Source of the DNA: Candidatus Levybacteria bacterium RIFCSPHIGHO2_01_FULL_37_17
Lineage (GTDB): Bacteria > Patescibacteriota > Microgenomatia > Levybacterales > UBA12049
Direction of reading: 5' to 3'
Assembly: GCA_001782035.1 (NCBI GenBank)
Contig: MFNL01000002.1
Location: 188,865-252,864 of the forward strand
DNA length: 64,000 nt
A program made the position numbers and the translations under genes. Positions 49,454-58,871 of this stretch are shown one piece after another (positions within the stretch are counted from its first letter, which is position 1; each line of letters opens with the position of its first letter). The notes beneath the pieces were generated by a model. It did not search any database. It saw nothing but the letters and a program-made list of their open reading frames with translations, and was not told the DNA's origin.

Positions 49454-50197
49454 ATGCAATTACAAAGAGTATCGGATTTTGCCATTGATAAGCTCAATTC
49501 TAAAAACCTACCGGAAGCCCTCCTTGTTATTCCTGACGGAAATGGAAGATGGGCAAAAGAAATGGGTAAAAGCGTTTTTGAAGGCCACAAAAAAGGCGCA
49601 AAATCCTTTGCAGGCGTTATAGAAAGCTTCTTAAAAACCAAAATAAAAGTTTTGGGAGCTTGGGGTTTTTCAGAAGACAACTGGAAGCGACCACAAGACG
49701 AAATAGACAAAATTATGCTTGTTATAGAAAATGTTATCTCCGAAAACCTGCCTAAAATGGTTGAGAACAACGTAAAATTTATAGTTTTAGGAAAACATAA
49801 GCGAATTCAAAAAGAATATCCTAAGCTTTATCAAACAATTGAGAATGCGGTTTCCAAAACTTCCCAAAATAGCGGAAAAATTATTGCCCTGTTTGTCGAT
49901 TATGGTGAAAAATTCCAGCTGGAAGAATTTGCAAAAGCAAGAGCAGAAAATCCTAATGCTCAAACCTATGAACTTTTGTCAAAAATAAATCAGGGTCTTC
50001 CTCTTTTTGACATGGTTTTAAGAACTTCTGGTGAGCTTAGGCTTTCTGGATTTGGTCCACTTGCCTCTTTGGCTGAATATGTTTCGGTAAAAAAGAATTT
50101 GCCCGAGTTAAATATCGTGGATTTTGCAAACGCGTTAGTTGAATATTCAAAGCGTGAAAGACGCTTAGGGGGCCGGCCCTCAAGCTACTCTTCTTAA
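49454..50197 (+). CDS. uppS: cis-Prenyltransferase (undecaprenyl-diphosphate synthase family)
   Basis: PDGNGRWAKE...GH motif and SEDNWKRP. Confidence 0.7.
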   Translation: MQLQRVSDFAIDKLNSKNLPEALLVIPDGNGRWAKEMGKSVFEGHKKGAKSFAGVIESFLKTKIKVLGAWGFSEDNWKRPQDEIDKIMLVIENVISENLPKMVENNVKFIVLGKHKRIQKEYPKLYQTIENAVSKTSQNSGKIIALFVDYGEKFQLEEFAKARAENPNAQTYELLSKINQGLPLFDMVLRTSGELRLSGFGPLASLAEYVSVKKNLPELNIVDFANALVEYSKRERRLGGRPSSYSS

Positions 50198-50782
50198 CTG
50201 TGTTTTTACAGACATCTGGTTTCGGAAAGGAATAACTGCCGTCTCGTTACTAAAGCCTTCGTCAATTTTTACTACTGTCCAAACAGCTCCAAGAGGAAAT
50301 CTTGTCAAAAGCTGTTGATAATCAATATACTGCTCAATTCGAAGACCATGAGGCGGATTTCGGCTGCCCTTTAGAAGTTCGAAATGACTATCAACTTCAA
50401 CTTCCTCATCCGGGAAGAGCCCGCAAAATTCCATTAATTTTTCGGTGATTGGAGTGGGTTTTTTGTACAAAACCTGCTGGGTTCCTAAGCTTAGCTCACC
50501 TGCTCTTCCAATCCTGTTTGGGTCAAAAACGGTGTGTAATCGTGCAGCTAGTTCTTCATAGTCAAGCTCAAACATGGTTCCAAATGCATATCTTACGGCA
50601 GTTAGTGGGTTTCTTCCATCAACGAAATCGGTTTTGAAAATAATTAATTCGTTTTCATTCCCCCTTAAGAATTGTTCGTAATTTCTGGCTGTAATCTCTA
50701 CTGTATCGCTGAGTACTTTTTCTCTATGAATTGCATATTGAAGATTTTCCGAAAGATATAATTCGTTTTCCTGCATGCTCAT
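50180..50782 (-). CDS. Hypothetical protein
   Basis: An ORF with visibly higher local GC than its neighbours. Confidence 0.3.
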   Translation of the reverse strand: MSMQENELYLSENLQYAIHREKVLSDTVEITARNYEQFLRGNENELIIFKTDFVDGRNPLTAVRYAFGTMFELDYEELAARLHTVFDPNRIGRAGELSLGTQQVLYKKPTPITEKLMEFCGLFPDEEVEVDSHFELLKGSRNPPHGLRIEQYIDYQQLLTRFPLGAVWTVVKIDEGFSNETAVIPFRNQMSVKTQLRRVA

Positions 50783-50783
50783 A

Positions 50784-51170
50784 TTATTTTCTGAAAAATT
50801 CTGGTTCTCCGAAGGAATCTGAAGAACAACCTGAAAAATCTACGACTGTTATTAAATGCGCTCTACCGCCTTTGCTTGATGGAATAACCTCTGTGATCTC
50901 TTCGATTCTAGATAGCTCACTTGCTATAACATGTCTATCGTACCCATTAGCTAACCCATCTAAGGCTCTGACGACGCTTTTATACACGTGTTCAATTCGT
51001 TTTGCCCTGACCTTTTTTTCTTCTCTACGCCTCTCTGCAATGCCCATTCCATGGGCTCTAACGTCCCCGTCTCTTTGATCTTTCATATTGCGTTGGTTGA
51101 GCGAATGATTTCGTAGGGGGCTTTTGCTGTGCTGCACCTCTTTTATTTCTAATTCTAATTTGCTTGTCAT
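50784..51170 (-). CDS. Hypothetical protein
   Basis: An ORF 1 nt downstream of the previous one, with an Arg/Lys-rich middle. Confidence 0.3.
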   Translation of the reverse strand: MTSKLELEIKEVQHSKSPLRNHSLNQRNMKDQRDGDVRAHGMGIAERRREEKKVRAKRIEHVYKSVVRALDGLANGYDRHVIASELSRIEEITEVIPSSKGGRAHLITVVDFSGCSSDSFGEPEFFRK

Positions 51171-51178
51171 AATATATT

Positions 51179-52501
51179 TTAAGGTAGGGGGAATTTTGAA
51201 GTCAAGGATTTAACCTCCATTGATATCTGCAAAAGCTTCCTGTTTTTTACAACCTCCTTTTTGAAGTTTTTCCAGTATATTTTTCTTTCTTCTTTTGAAA
51301 CCGGCAAATGAACATTTTGAACCTCTGAAACTGCCTCATTTATCCACTGTGCGATTTTTATCATTTCTTTTTCCTTCATGCCTCTTGTAGTAATTGCTGG
51401 GGTTCCAAGTCTTATTCCGGATGGATAAAAAGGCGGCAGGCTGTCTTCTGGAACAGCATTTTTATTAACAACAATTCCAGCAACTTCTAAAGCCAACGCA
51501 GCTACTGCTCCGTTTACATTTTTATTTGCAAGATCTATAAGAATTAAATGATTATCCGTTCCTCCGGAAACCAAGTTGAATTCATATTTAATAAGTTCTT
51601 GAGCTAACTTCTTGGCATTAGCCACTATTTGCTTGCCATACGCCTTAAATGAGCCTTTAGAAGCTTCTAGCAAGGCCACAGCAATGGCTGCTGTCTGATT
51701 ATCATGCGGTCCTCCCTGAAGGCCCGGGAATACTGCTTTATCTATTTTTTCCGGCAAATCGGGATCTTTCTTAAGACCTTTTTCGGTAACCATTAGAATT
51801 GCGCCTCTTGGACCTCGAAGGGTTTTATGCGTTGTCGTCATGATTATATCCGCGTAAGGCACAGGCGAAGGATGAGCCCCCGCTGCAACTAATCCCGCAA
51901 TGTGAGAAATATCTGCAAGCAAATAAGCGCCAACCTTGTCTGCAATTTGCCCAAACCTTTTAAAATCTATAGTTCTAGGATATGCAGTAAAGCCGCATAT
52001 TATAAGTTTGGGCTTTTCTTTGAGCGCCAATTCCTCAATAGCGTCATAATCCAACAATTCATCTTTCCCTAATTCATAAGAAACAGTTTTAAAATAAATT
52101 CCTGAAAAAGAAACATGACTTCCATGTGTTAAATGCCCGCCATATGCTAAAGATAATCCCATTATTTTATCTTTTAAAGGCTCTAAAAGCGCCATTAAAA
52201 CTGCAGAGTTTGCAGGTGATCCGCTATATGGTTGCACATTTGCAAATGGAACTCCGAACAACTTCTTTGCTCGTTCTTCTGCAATTATCTCTATTTCGTC
52301 TACTACTTTATTTCCCTGATAATATCGTTTTTTAGGGTACCCTTCCGAGTATTTGTTTGTTAGCGCTGTAGATAAAGCTTCCATAACGGCTTTGCTCGTG
52401 TAGTTTTCGGAAGGAATCATTTCCAAAACTTCTCTCTGTCTTTTCTCCTCTTTTCTAATTAATTGGTAAATTGCCGGATCAGTTTTTTTTATATTTTTCA
52501 T
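51179..52501 (-). CDS. glyA: Serine hydroxymethyltransferase
   Basis: SHMT PLP motifs (HLTHGSH, TTHKTLRGPRG). Confidence 0.9.
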   Translation of the reverse strand: MKNIKKTDPAIYQLIRKEEKRQREVLEMIPSENYTSKAVMEALSTALTNKYSEGYPKKRYYQGNKVVDEIEIIAEERAKKLFGVPFANVQPYSGSPANSAVLMALLEPLKDKIMGLSLAYGGHLTHGSHVSFSGIYFKTVSYELGKDELLDYDAIEELALKEKPKLIICGFTAYPRTIDFKRFGQIADKVGAYLLADISHIAGLVAAGAHPSPVPYADIIMTTTHKTLRGPRGAILMVTEKGLKKDPDLPEKIDKAVFPGLQGGPHDNQTAAIAVALLEASKGSFKAYGKQIVANAKKLAQELIKYEFNLVSGGTDNHLILIDLANKNVNGAVAALALEVAGIVVNKNAVPEDSLPPFYPSGIRLGTPAITTRGMKEKEMIKIAQWINEAVSEVQNVHLPVSKEERKIYWKNFKKEVVKNRKLLQISMEVKSLTSKFPLP

Positions 52502-52521
52502 TGTTGTTGATTTTATACTAG

Positions 52522-53025
52522 CTATATCTTCTTTTCAAGGTTTATAAACTTATATTTATAGATACCGGCTTCCCTATTTTCTTCCGAAATAACTTTATAA
52601 TTGCTGTAATCCGGGAAAAAAGTATCTGCTTCGTAATCTCCTTCAACAAGTGTTAAATATAATTTATCTACCATTTTTTTTTCTAATGCTTCTTTAAAAA
52701 TCTGTCCTCCCCCGATTATAAAGATTTCTTCTGAATTTGAGGCTGATTTGGCCTTTTCTAAGGCTTCTTCAAGCGAGTTCGATATAACAAAATTTTCAGA
52801 GTTTCTTAGTCCATTTATAGTAAAGTCTTTGTCCCTTGTTATAACAATGTTATAACGGTTTGGCAAAATTCTTCCTATAGACTGGAAGGTTTTTCTTCCC
52901 ATAATAATCGGGTGTGGGGTTGTTATTTCTTTGAATCGAGCAAGTTCTCCCGGTATTTTCCAGGCCATCTGGTTGTTTTTTCCTAGTCCCCTCTTTTGAT
53001 CAATCGCTGCAATTATACTTATCAT
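52522..53025 (-). CDS. folA: Dihydrofolate reductase
   Basis: MISIIAAID...[11 protein letters not shown]-terminus. Confidence 0.85.
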   Translation of the reverse strand: MISIIAAIDQKRGLGKNNQMAWKIPGELARFKEITTPHPIIMGRKTFQSIGRILPNRYNIVITRDKDFTINGLRNSENFVISNSLEEALEKAKSASNSEEIFIIGGGQIFKEALEKKMVDKLYLTLVEGDYEADTFFPDYSNYKVISEENREAGIYKYKFINLEKKI

Positions 53026-53945
53026 ACCGCTACTGGTGCTTTAATTGGTGGATGTGGGTTGTATCCCACAAGTTCAAAATCTTCGAATTTAAACTTATCT
53101 ATACTTTTTACTTTTGAATTTAGCTTCATCTTAGGCAAACTTCTTGGTTTTCGACTTAATTGCTCTTTTACCTGTTTAATGTGATTAGAATAAATATGCA
53201 CATCCCCAAATGTATGAACAAACTCACCCGGTTTTAAACCAACTACTTTCGCAACCATCATCGTAAGGAGTGCGTAGGATGCAATATTAAATGGAACTCC
53301 TAAAAACATATCTGCGCTACGTTGATAAAGCTGGCAGGAAAGCTTTCCATCATTTACGTAAAACTGGAATAATGTATGGCACGGAGGAAGTCCACCCGCT
53401 TTTGCGATTGTCCCTATCTCTGCAGGGTTCCATGCCGATACAATCAAACGCCTGGACTCGCTATGATTAGGTTCAGTTTTCGAGAGCTTGATATTCTCTA
53501 TGACATCCTTTATCTGATCCACTTCTCCTTTTTTTTCTTTTTTCCAGTGTCTCCATTGAACTCCGTAAATTGGCCCAAGATCTGCCCATTTTTTGGCAAA
53601 TTTAGCATCGTTTTTAATTTTTTCCACAAATTGCTCTTGTGATAATTTTGAATTTTTGTTGTGTTTGAGAAAATTTTTGTAAGGCCAATCATCCCAAATA
53701 TGTACCCCACAATCAACTAAATATTTTATGTTTGACTCCCCCCTTAAAAACCACAAAAGCTCATAAATTATTCCTTTTAGAAAAACTTTTTTGGTTGTTA
53801 AAAGAGGAAAACTTTTCGATAAATCATATCTAAGCTGTCTTCCAAACACCGATTTCGTGCCTGTTTTGGTTCTATCATCTTTGTATCTCCCGTTTTTAAG
53901 AATATCCCTAAGCAAGTCTAAGTATTGTTGTTCTGCGTTTTTCAT
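53022..53945 (-). CDS. thyA: Thymidylate synthase
   Basis: [11 protein letters not shown] active-site motif. Confidence 0.9.
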   Translation of the reverse strand: MKNAEQQYLDLLRDILKNGRYKDDRTKTGTKSVFGRQLRYDLSKSFPLLTTKKVFLKGIIYELLWFLRGESNIKYLVDCGVHIWDDWPYKNFLKHNKNSKLSQEQFVEKIKNDAKFAKKWADLGPIYGVQWRHWKKEKKGEVDQIKDVIENIKLSKTEPNHSESRRLIVSAWNPAEIGTIAKAGGLPPCHTLFQFYVNDGKLSCQLYQRSADMFLGVPFNIASYALLTMMVAKVVGLKPGEFVHTFGDVHIYSNHIKQVKEQLSRKPRSLPKMKLNSKVKSIDKFKFEDFELVGYNPHPPIKAPVAV

Positions 53946-54349
53946 AGAGCTTTTTCTATTGCGGTTTTTACCCCTTCATTTCTAAATTGCGGGCTGCCTA
54001 AATCTTCTTTGCCAATCCATTCGAAGCTCGTGTGCTCGTCACTTAGCTGAATATCTGAAATCTTAGCGTGCACCCTGTAAAAAATAAGCATTAACTTAGT
54101 TCCATCTTTGTCATAATCTGGTCTTTCTGCGGCATGTAATATACCAGAGACTGTAAAATGCTCAACTCCTAATTCTTCTCTTAATTCGCGGCTTAAGGCT
54201 TGATGAATTGTTTCTCCTTCGTCAATTTTTCCTCCCGGAACATCGATGCCTTCGTATCTTGTGGTATCCTTTAAAACAAGAGCTTTATCTTCTTGCTCAT
54301 TTAGTATTACCGCCTTTATTCCTATATGAAAAGGTTGTAGTTCTTTCAT
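53942..54349 (-). CDS. NUDIX hydrolase
   Basis: Nudix box [24 protein letters not shown]. Confidence 0.75.
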   Translation of the reverse strand: MKELQPFHIGIKAVILNEQEDKALVLKDTTRYEGIDVPGGKIDEGETIHQALSRELREELGVEHFTVSGILHAAERPDYDKDGTKLMLIFYRVHAKISDIQLSDEHTSFEWIGKEDLGSPQFRNEGVKTAIEKAL

Positions 54350-54771
54350 CCCGTGGTTCCAAAACCTCCCCTACTCTTATTTTTCATTTTTTTAACTTCC
54401 TTAAATTTAGCAATTCCTACTTTTATGAGTAAGCCCTGGCAAATCCGCTCGCCTTTCTCAACGACTACCTTTTTCTTCGTAAAGTTGTAGACCCAAAGCC
54501 GCAATTCATCTTCTTCTCCATGATAGTCCTGATCAATTGTTCCCGGACTGTTTGGAATCATTATTCCTTTTTTGGGTGTTGATGATCTTGGAACAAGCGA
54601 AAGTAAATATCCTTTTGGTACCTCCATTATTATGTTGAGAGGAACAAGTGCGGTTTGATTTGGTGCAACTTTTATCTCTTCCCGTGCATAAAAGTCAAAC
54701 CCAACTGAGCCTTTTGTATGATAAACAGGCAAAGGCAGGCTTTTGTCTATTCTTTTTATATTTACTGTCAT
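54346..54771 (-). CDS. dut: dUTP diphosphatase
   Basis: GSVGFD, GTIDQDYHGE and a C-terminal RGGFGTTG. Confidence 0.8.
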   Translation of the reverse strand: MTVNIKRIDKSLPLPVYHTKGSVGFDFYAREEIKVAPNQTALVPLNIIMEVPKGYLLSLVPRSSTPKKGIMIPNSPGTIDQDYHGEEDELRLWVYNFTKKKVVVEKGERICQGLLIKVGIAKFKEVKKMKNKSRGGFGTTG

Positions 54772-55445
54772 ATTAAATGCCTAGAAGACAATTCTAAAAC
54801 TATTTTTTTATGGATTTCGTTTTTGGGAAGTATTTTCCCTTGTTCGTTAGTACAATCTATTTTTATCCAATGGTCAAACCTATCTGCCAAATAAAGATAA
54901 GCCTCTTCTGCTCCAGTAAGGTATTGCTTGTCGCTTTCTGCTATGTCCACTCCTCTTCTTGTTCTTTTCCGCAACAGTTTACTCGCCTGCTTTCGTGGAA
55001 CATATAAAAACACAACGGCATCTTCCCTAGGAAGTCCGTTTACGTAATATTCAAGCTCTATATTCCAGTCTATAAAAGACCTTCTTTTCTCTTTAGGAAG
55101 TCTTCCCGATTGATGAGCAAGGTTTGAAGTAACGTATCTGTTTGAAAGTACAATTTTTCCTGCATCTAGAGCAGCTTTAATATAAGAAGCTGCTCCTAAT
55201 CTGTCTAGAGCATATGGAAAAGTAACTAAATAAGGATTAATATTATCTAAATTTCCGAATTCTCCATTTAAAAGTCTCCCTAAAAATTCTCCATGAAAAG
55301 TTTGATATTGGGGAAAGTCAAAGGTTTGAAAAGGAATTTGTTTTTTTGTGAGGTAGTTTTTAAGAAGTTCAAGCTGTGTGGTTTTTCCAGATCCATCATT
55401 TCCCTCTATTACAATAAACTTTCCTTTTTCAGCTCTTCCTGCCAT
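54768..55445 (-). CDS. tmk: Thymidylate kinase
   Basis: IVIEGNDGSGKTTQ P-loop and a DRY-like segment. Confidence 0.85.
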   Translation of the reverse strand: MAGRAEKGKFIVIEGNDGSGKTTQLELLKNYLTKKQIPFQTFDFPQYQTFHGEFLGRLLNGEFGNLDNINPYLVTFPYALDRLGAASYIKAALDAGKIVLSNRYVTSNLAHQSGRLPKEKRRSFIDWNIELEYYVNGLPREDAVVFLYVPRKQASKLLRKRTRRGVDIAESDKQYLTGAEEAYLYLADRFDHWIKIDCTNEQGKILPKNEIHKKIVLELSSRHLI

Positions 55446-55551
55446 ACCTTTTGCAATATAGCATAAAAAATTATTGTTTCAAACTGCCAAACTTCGCATA
55501 AGGCTTCTTCTGGCAAGCCAAAATCGGCTTTTTGTGGTAAAATGGCTGATT

Positions 55552-56457
55552 ATGGAAAGAGAAAGTAGCCAAAGAATGAATCATCCTGAGTGGCTCTTCA
55601 CCCACGCTCCCGCAAGAATTAGAGGCATAGTTGTAAGAAAAGGGATTAAAAATATTCTTAGAACTACGGGAATTGAAGCACCAATTCCTCTTAATGCTTT
55701 TTGGAGAGATATTGTGAACCTTTACCAACAGGACTGCGCTATTAACATCGTCACAAACCATACAAGCCATGCCGATGCATACGTTGCTGCAAAAGTGGGC
55801 GCAGATATTGCACTTGTCATAAATCAATACGTTTCGGATAAGGATAGGATAAATGGTTTTGTTATGCCTTTTGCTAAGTCTATACAAACCCAAACTCAAG
55901 GACAGCTTCTTAATGCTATGTTTAATGACTCGTTGCCAGTTTTCGAAAAATTAGGAATTACTCCCGTTTATACTGCTACAGAAAATGATATTGCACAAGG
56001 AAGAGTTTCGGAAGCAAACCGCGTAAATTATACACGCCAGATGATACAAGGCGTTAAAGAAGGAAAAGGAATAATTATTCTTCCTGAAGGCAGAGTTGAA
56101 GGGGGAAGAAGAGATTCAAATGGGAAAATAAAGGGCATGCAGGAATTTAGAGCATATGCCCTTTCGCAGTCGTTAAGAATAGCAACATCAGAAAAGCATA
56201 AAGTTGCGGTTATTCCGGCAGGAATCTCCGGTGGGTACAACGTTTATGACCCACAAACCAAGAGCTTCACAAAAGATACATGGGCCGTAGGCATAGGATG
56301 GAGTACTAAAAATTTATTCCATGTAAGAGTTGGAATGCCGATTGTTTTTGAAAGAAAAGAAATTAGAAATATGGATCCGAAGGAATTGGATAGAATAATC
56401 GGGGGACGAATTGCTGCGCTTTTACCTACTGCTGAAAAAGGTACTGTTTACACTTAA
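55552..56457 (+). CDS. Lysophospholipid (1-acylglycerol-3-phosphate) acyltransferase-like protein
   Basis: HTSHAD (HX4D) and ILPEGR motifs. The start is an internal Met, with TGGTAAAAT 8 nt upstream. Confidence 0.5.
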   Translation: MERESSQRMNHPEWLFTHAPARIRGIVVRKGIKNILRTTGIEAPIPLNAFWRDIVNLYQQDCAINIVTNHTSHADAYVAAKVGADIALVINQYVSDKDRINGFVMPFAKSIQTQTQGQLLNAMFNDSLPVFEKLGITPVYTATENDIAQGRVSEANRVNYTRQMIQGVKEGKGIIILPEGRVEGGRRDSNGKIKGMQEFRAYALSQSLRIATSEKHKVAVIPAGISGGYNVYDPQTKSFTKDTWAVGIGWSTKNLFHVRVGMPIVFERKEIRNMDPKELDRIIGGRIAALLPTAEKGTVYT

Positions 56458-56458
56458 A

Positions 56459-57004
56459 TTATAGAGGTTTTTTTTGGAATTTGTACTTTGCTTCTTTTCT
56501 TTTTGTATATGGAACCCCGGCAGCGCTTGACAATTGTTCAAAGGTCATTGCACAAATCCTCTGCCCTACGGTTAAGGCAACCGCCATTCTGCCCAAATTT
56601 CCTAGCTCCAAAACCGGCTTTCCATCCCAACCTGGATCAAATACAGAAGCGGTTGAGTGAACTACAATTCCTAAACGTCCTAAAGATGATTTACCCTCTA
56701 GCCTTCCCATTAAATTTGGTGCAATCTTGACTCTTTCCTCTGTTACAGCTAGTACAAAATCGCCAGGTTGCATAACAAATTTTTCTCCATTTTTTAATTT
56801 TATTTCTTTGGTTATTTCTTTGATCGAATTTTTATTGGTTGCATCAATAAATGGACTTTTGCTATGTTCCAGTATCCGAAAATTTCCGCCAAGATGTAAA
56901 TCTATAGAGCAGCTTCCTAACTGTTCTTTGAGATTTGGAATAGGAACTATTTTAATTTTTCCGCTTTTTAAAGCTAATTTAATGTCTTTATCCGATAAAA
57001 CCAT
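56459..57004 (-). CDS. dcd: dCTP deaminase
   Basis: Full-length alignment with Dcd (MVLSDKDIK...VDPGWDGKPVLEL). Confidence 0.85.
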   Translation of the reverse strand: MVLSDKDIKLALKSGKIKIVPIPNLKEQLGSCSIDLHLGGNFRILEHSKSPFIDATNKNSIKEITKEIKLKNGEKFVMQPGDFVLAVTEERVKIAPNLMGRLEGKSSLGRLGIVVHSTASVFDPGWDGKPVLELGNLGRMAVALTVGQRICAMTFEQLSSAAGVPYTKRKEAKYKFQKKPL

Positions 57005-57060
57005 TGGTGATTAATTTAACAGAGCGGTTTAATTTTGTAAAGAGATACCATGCGAATAAT

Positions 57061-58152
57061 TTAAAGAATTAGAAGAAGTAATCCTCCGATTATGATTAGT
57101 GCTCCGGCAACAATTGCTCCTATTGTTGCAGCGTTTCCGCCTGTTGGAGGAAGAGTTGGGATAGGCGTTGATGTTGCTACAAATTCAACCGGCGTTGGTG
57201 TTGGAGTATTCGTTGGGGTTACATCGGGTGGAAGAGTTGGTGTTGGAGTAGAAGTTATAACGGTTGTTGGAGTTGGCGTTGTGGTTACAGTTGGAGTAGG
57301 AGTGGGTGAGCTAGTAGGAGTCGGCGTTGGCGATTTTGTAGGGCTTGGTGATAATGTGGGCGTTGAAGATGGAATGGAACAATTTACCGTATCTGAATCT
57401 TTATCCCCCACTCCGCAGACATTTTCTGCAAAAACTTCGCAGGTATAATTTTTACCGGCCTTTGATTCAAATGTTATTTTAGTTGTAGTTACATCGTTTC
57501 TATCAAATATTGGGGTGGTATTTCCTTCTTCTGTTATTTTTACGTGGTATTTTGTTGCCCCAGTAACAGAATCCCAGCTGCACTCTGCTTGCCCTACTCC
57601 AGGACAGGAAATTTGCCCTATCGTAACTTGTCCGTTTCCCGCCGTGAATCCGGACACTACAATGCCGTCTGCGTCCTTAACTTCTATTGACTCAATAACA
57701 ACTGTCGCGCTTGTTCCAGCAGTTCCTGTTGCCCTAAAAGCAAGTTTTCCGATTGTTTTTTGAGCGTTGAAGATGCTTCCTGCGTTATCTGTTCCAAATT
57801 CCATGAATACTTTTCCACCGGATACGTCTAAAGTTTTAGTGTCGAAGAGAAAACTGCTGTCTTTTTGAAAATCCGAAACAGTAGCGGCAAGCTTTGATTC
57901 GTCATAATCAATAACCAATTTTATATTTTTAACGTTTGTGCCTTGAGGATTAATTAGTATACTAAACTCGGCCTTAGAATCCGGCTCAACTGAAACAGTG
58001 TTTGGGTCAAGATAAACTTTTTTAACATCCTCTGCCTGCTGCTCAATTGTTTGCCGCTCTCTAACCAAATAAATAGTAACCGGAAGCGCGATAAGAAAAA
58101 GTGCGATAATTCCAAATATTAGAATTCTTTTTTTAAACTGTTCTATTTTCAT
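57061..58152 (-). CDS. Cell-surface protein: cohesin-like domain, FN3-like domain, Pro/Thr linker and C-terminal LPPTG plus hydrophobic anchor
   Basis: N-terminal TM helix, a cohesin-like block, a PT-rich linker, and an LPPTGGN motif followed by a 23-residue hydrophobic segment at the C-terminus. Confidence 0.45.
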   Translation of the reverse strand: MKIEQFKKRILIFGIIALFLIALPVTIYLVRERQTIEQQAEDVKKVYLDPNTVSVEPDSKAEFSILINPQGTNVKNIKLVIDYDESKLAATVSDFQKDSSFLFDTKTLDVSGGKVFMEFGTDNAGSIFNAQKTIGKLAFRATGTAGTSATVVIESIEVKDADGIVVSGFTAGNGQVTIGQISCPGVGQAECSWDSVTGATKYHVKITEEGNTTPIFDRNDVTTTKITFESKAGKNYTCEVFAENVCGVGDKDSDTVNCSIPSSTPTLSPSPTKSPTPTPTSSPTPTPTVTTTPTPTTVITSTPTPTLPPDVTPTNTPTPTPVEFVATSTPIPTLPPTGGNAATIGAIVAGALIIIGGLLLLIL

Positions 58153-58871
58153 GACGTTCCTCCTGGTGCTGTTGTTGGTGTCGGAGTTGCTGTCGGCGTT
58201 ATCGTTGGCGTAACTGTAACGGTTGGCGTTATGGTCGGCGTGCTAGTAGGTGCTGATGTCGAACTTGGCCCTTCAGTTGGGGTCGCTTGCAGGCAGTTTG
58301 GACATTTTATTTTGACATTTGTCACAGGCTGCGGAACAGGACACGAAGTTATCGAAGGCCCGGGACATTCTATTCGAATTGGCACATCCACTTCGGTTTT
58401 ATTTAATCCGCAAGCAACTCCATCTATTGTTTTATAAAAACCATCTACTGCTGTTCCATTTTTAACAACTTTCTCAAATTTATCGGTATTTACTGTACAA
58501 TTTGAATTTATGGCAGTTTTAACATCAACACCGGGACGATTTTTACTGTCTGCTCTTTTTATTGGTTTTAATTCCTTAGCAACATACAAACACCCGTCAG
58601 CCCAACCCTTTTCAACTCCTCTATTATTTTGGGGGCAGGCGCAATTGCCTAGGGTTTTAGTTTTACCAGGTCTTATTTCTATAATACCACCTACGCACGG
58701 ACCTGCATTTAAACCTTGGCAGCCTATCTGAATTTTGCCGTAATTATCAGCACTATAGCTTACGTTAAACGAAAGGCATCTTGGATCTGCAGGTGGCTGT
58801 GCGTTTGATACTTTAACAATAGATATAGATAAAATAAGAATTAAACTTACTAAAAATATTAATTTTTTCAT
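58149..58871 (-). CDS. Cys-rich secreted protein with Pro/Thr-rich tail
   Basis: Signal peptide, ~18 cysteines and a TPTITPTVTVTPTITPTATPTPT tail. It shares an ATGA overlap with the downstream gene. Confidence 0.3.
   Translation of the reverse strand: MKKLIFLVSLILILSISIVKVSNAQPPADPRCLSFNVSYSADNYGKIQIGCQGLNAGPCVGGIIEIRPGKTKTLGNCACPQNNRGVEKGWADGCLYVAKELKPIKRADSKNRPGVDVKTAINSNCTVNTDKFEKVVKNGTAVDGFYKTIDGVACGLNKTEVDVPIRIECPGPSITSCPVPQPVTNVKIKCPNCLQATPTEGPSSTSAPTSTPTITPTVTVTPTITPTATPTPTTAPGGTS

Noticed and set aside
55471-55899. 142-aa minus-strand ORF
   Set aside because: It is antisense to the PlsC-like gene and its promoter region, and has a Cys-rich nonsense composition.
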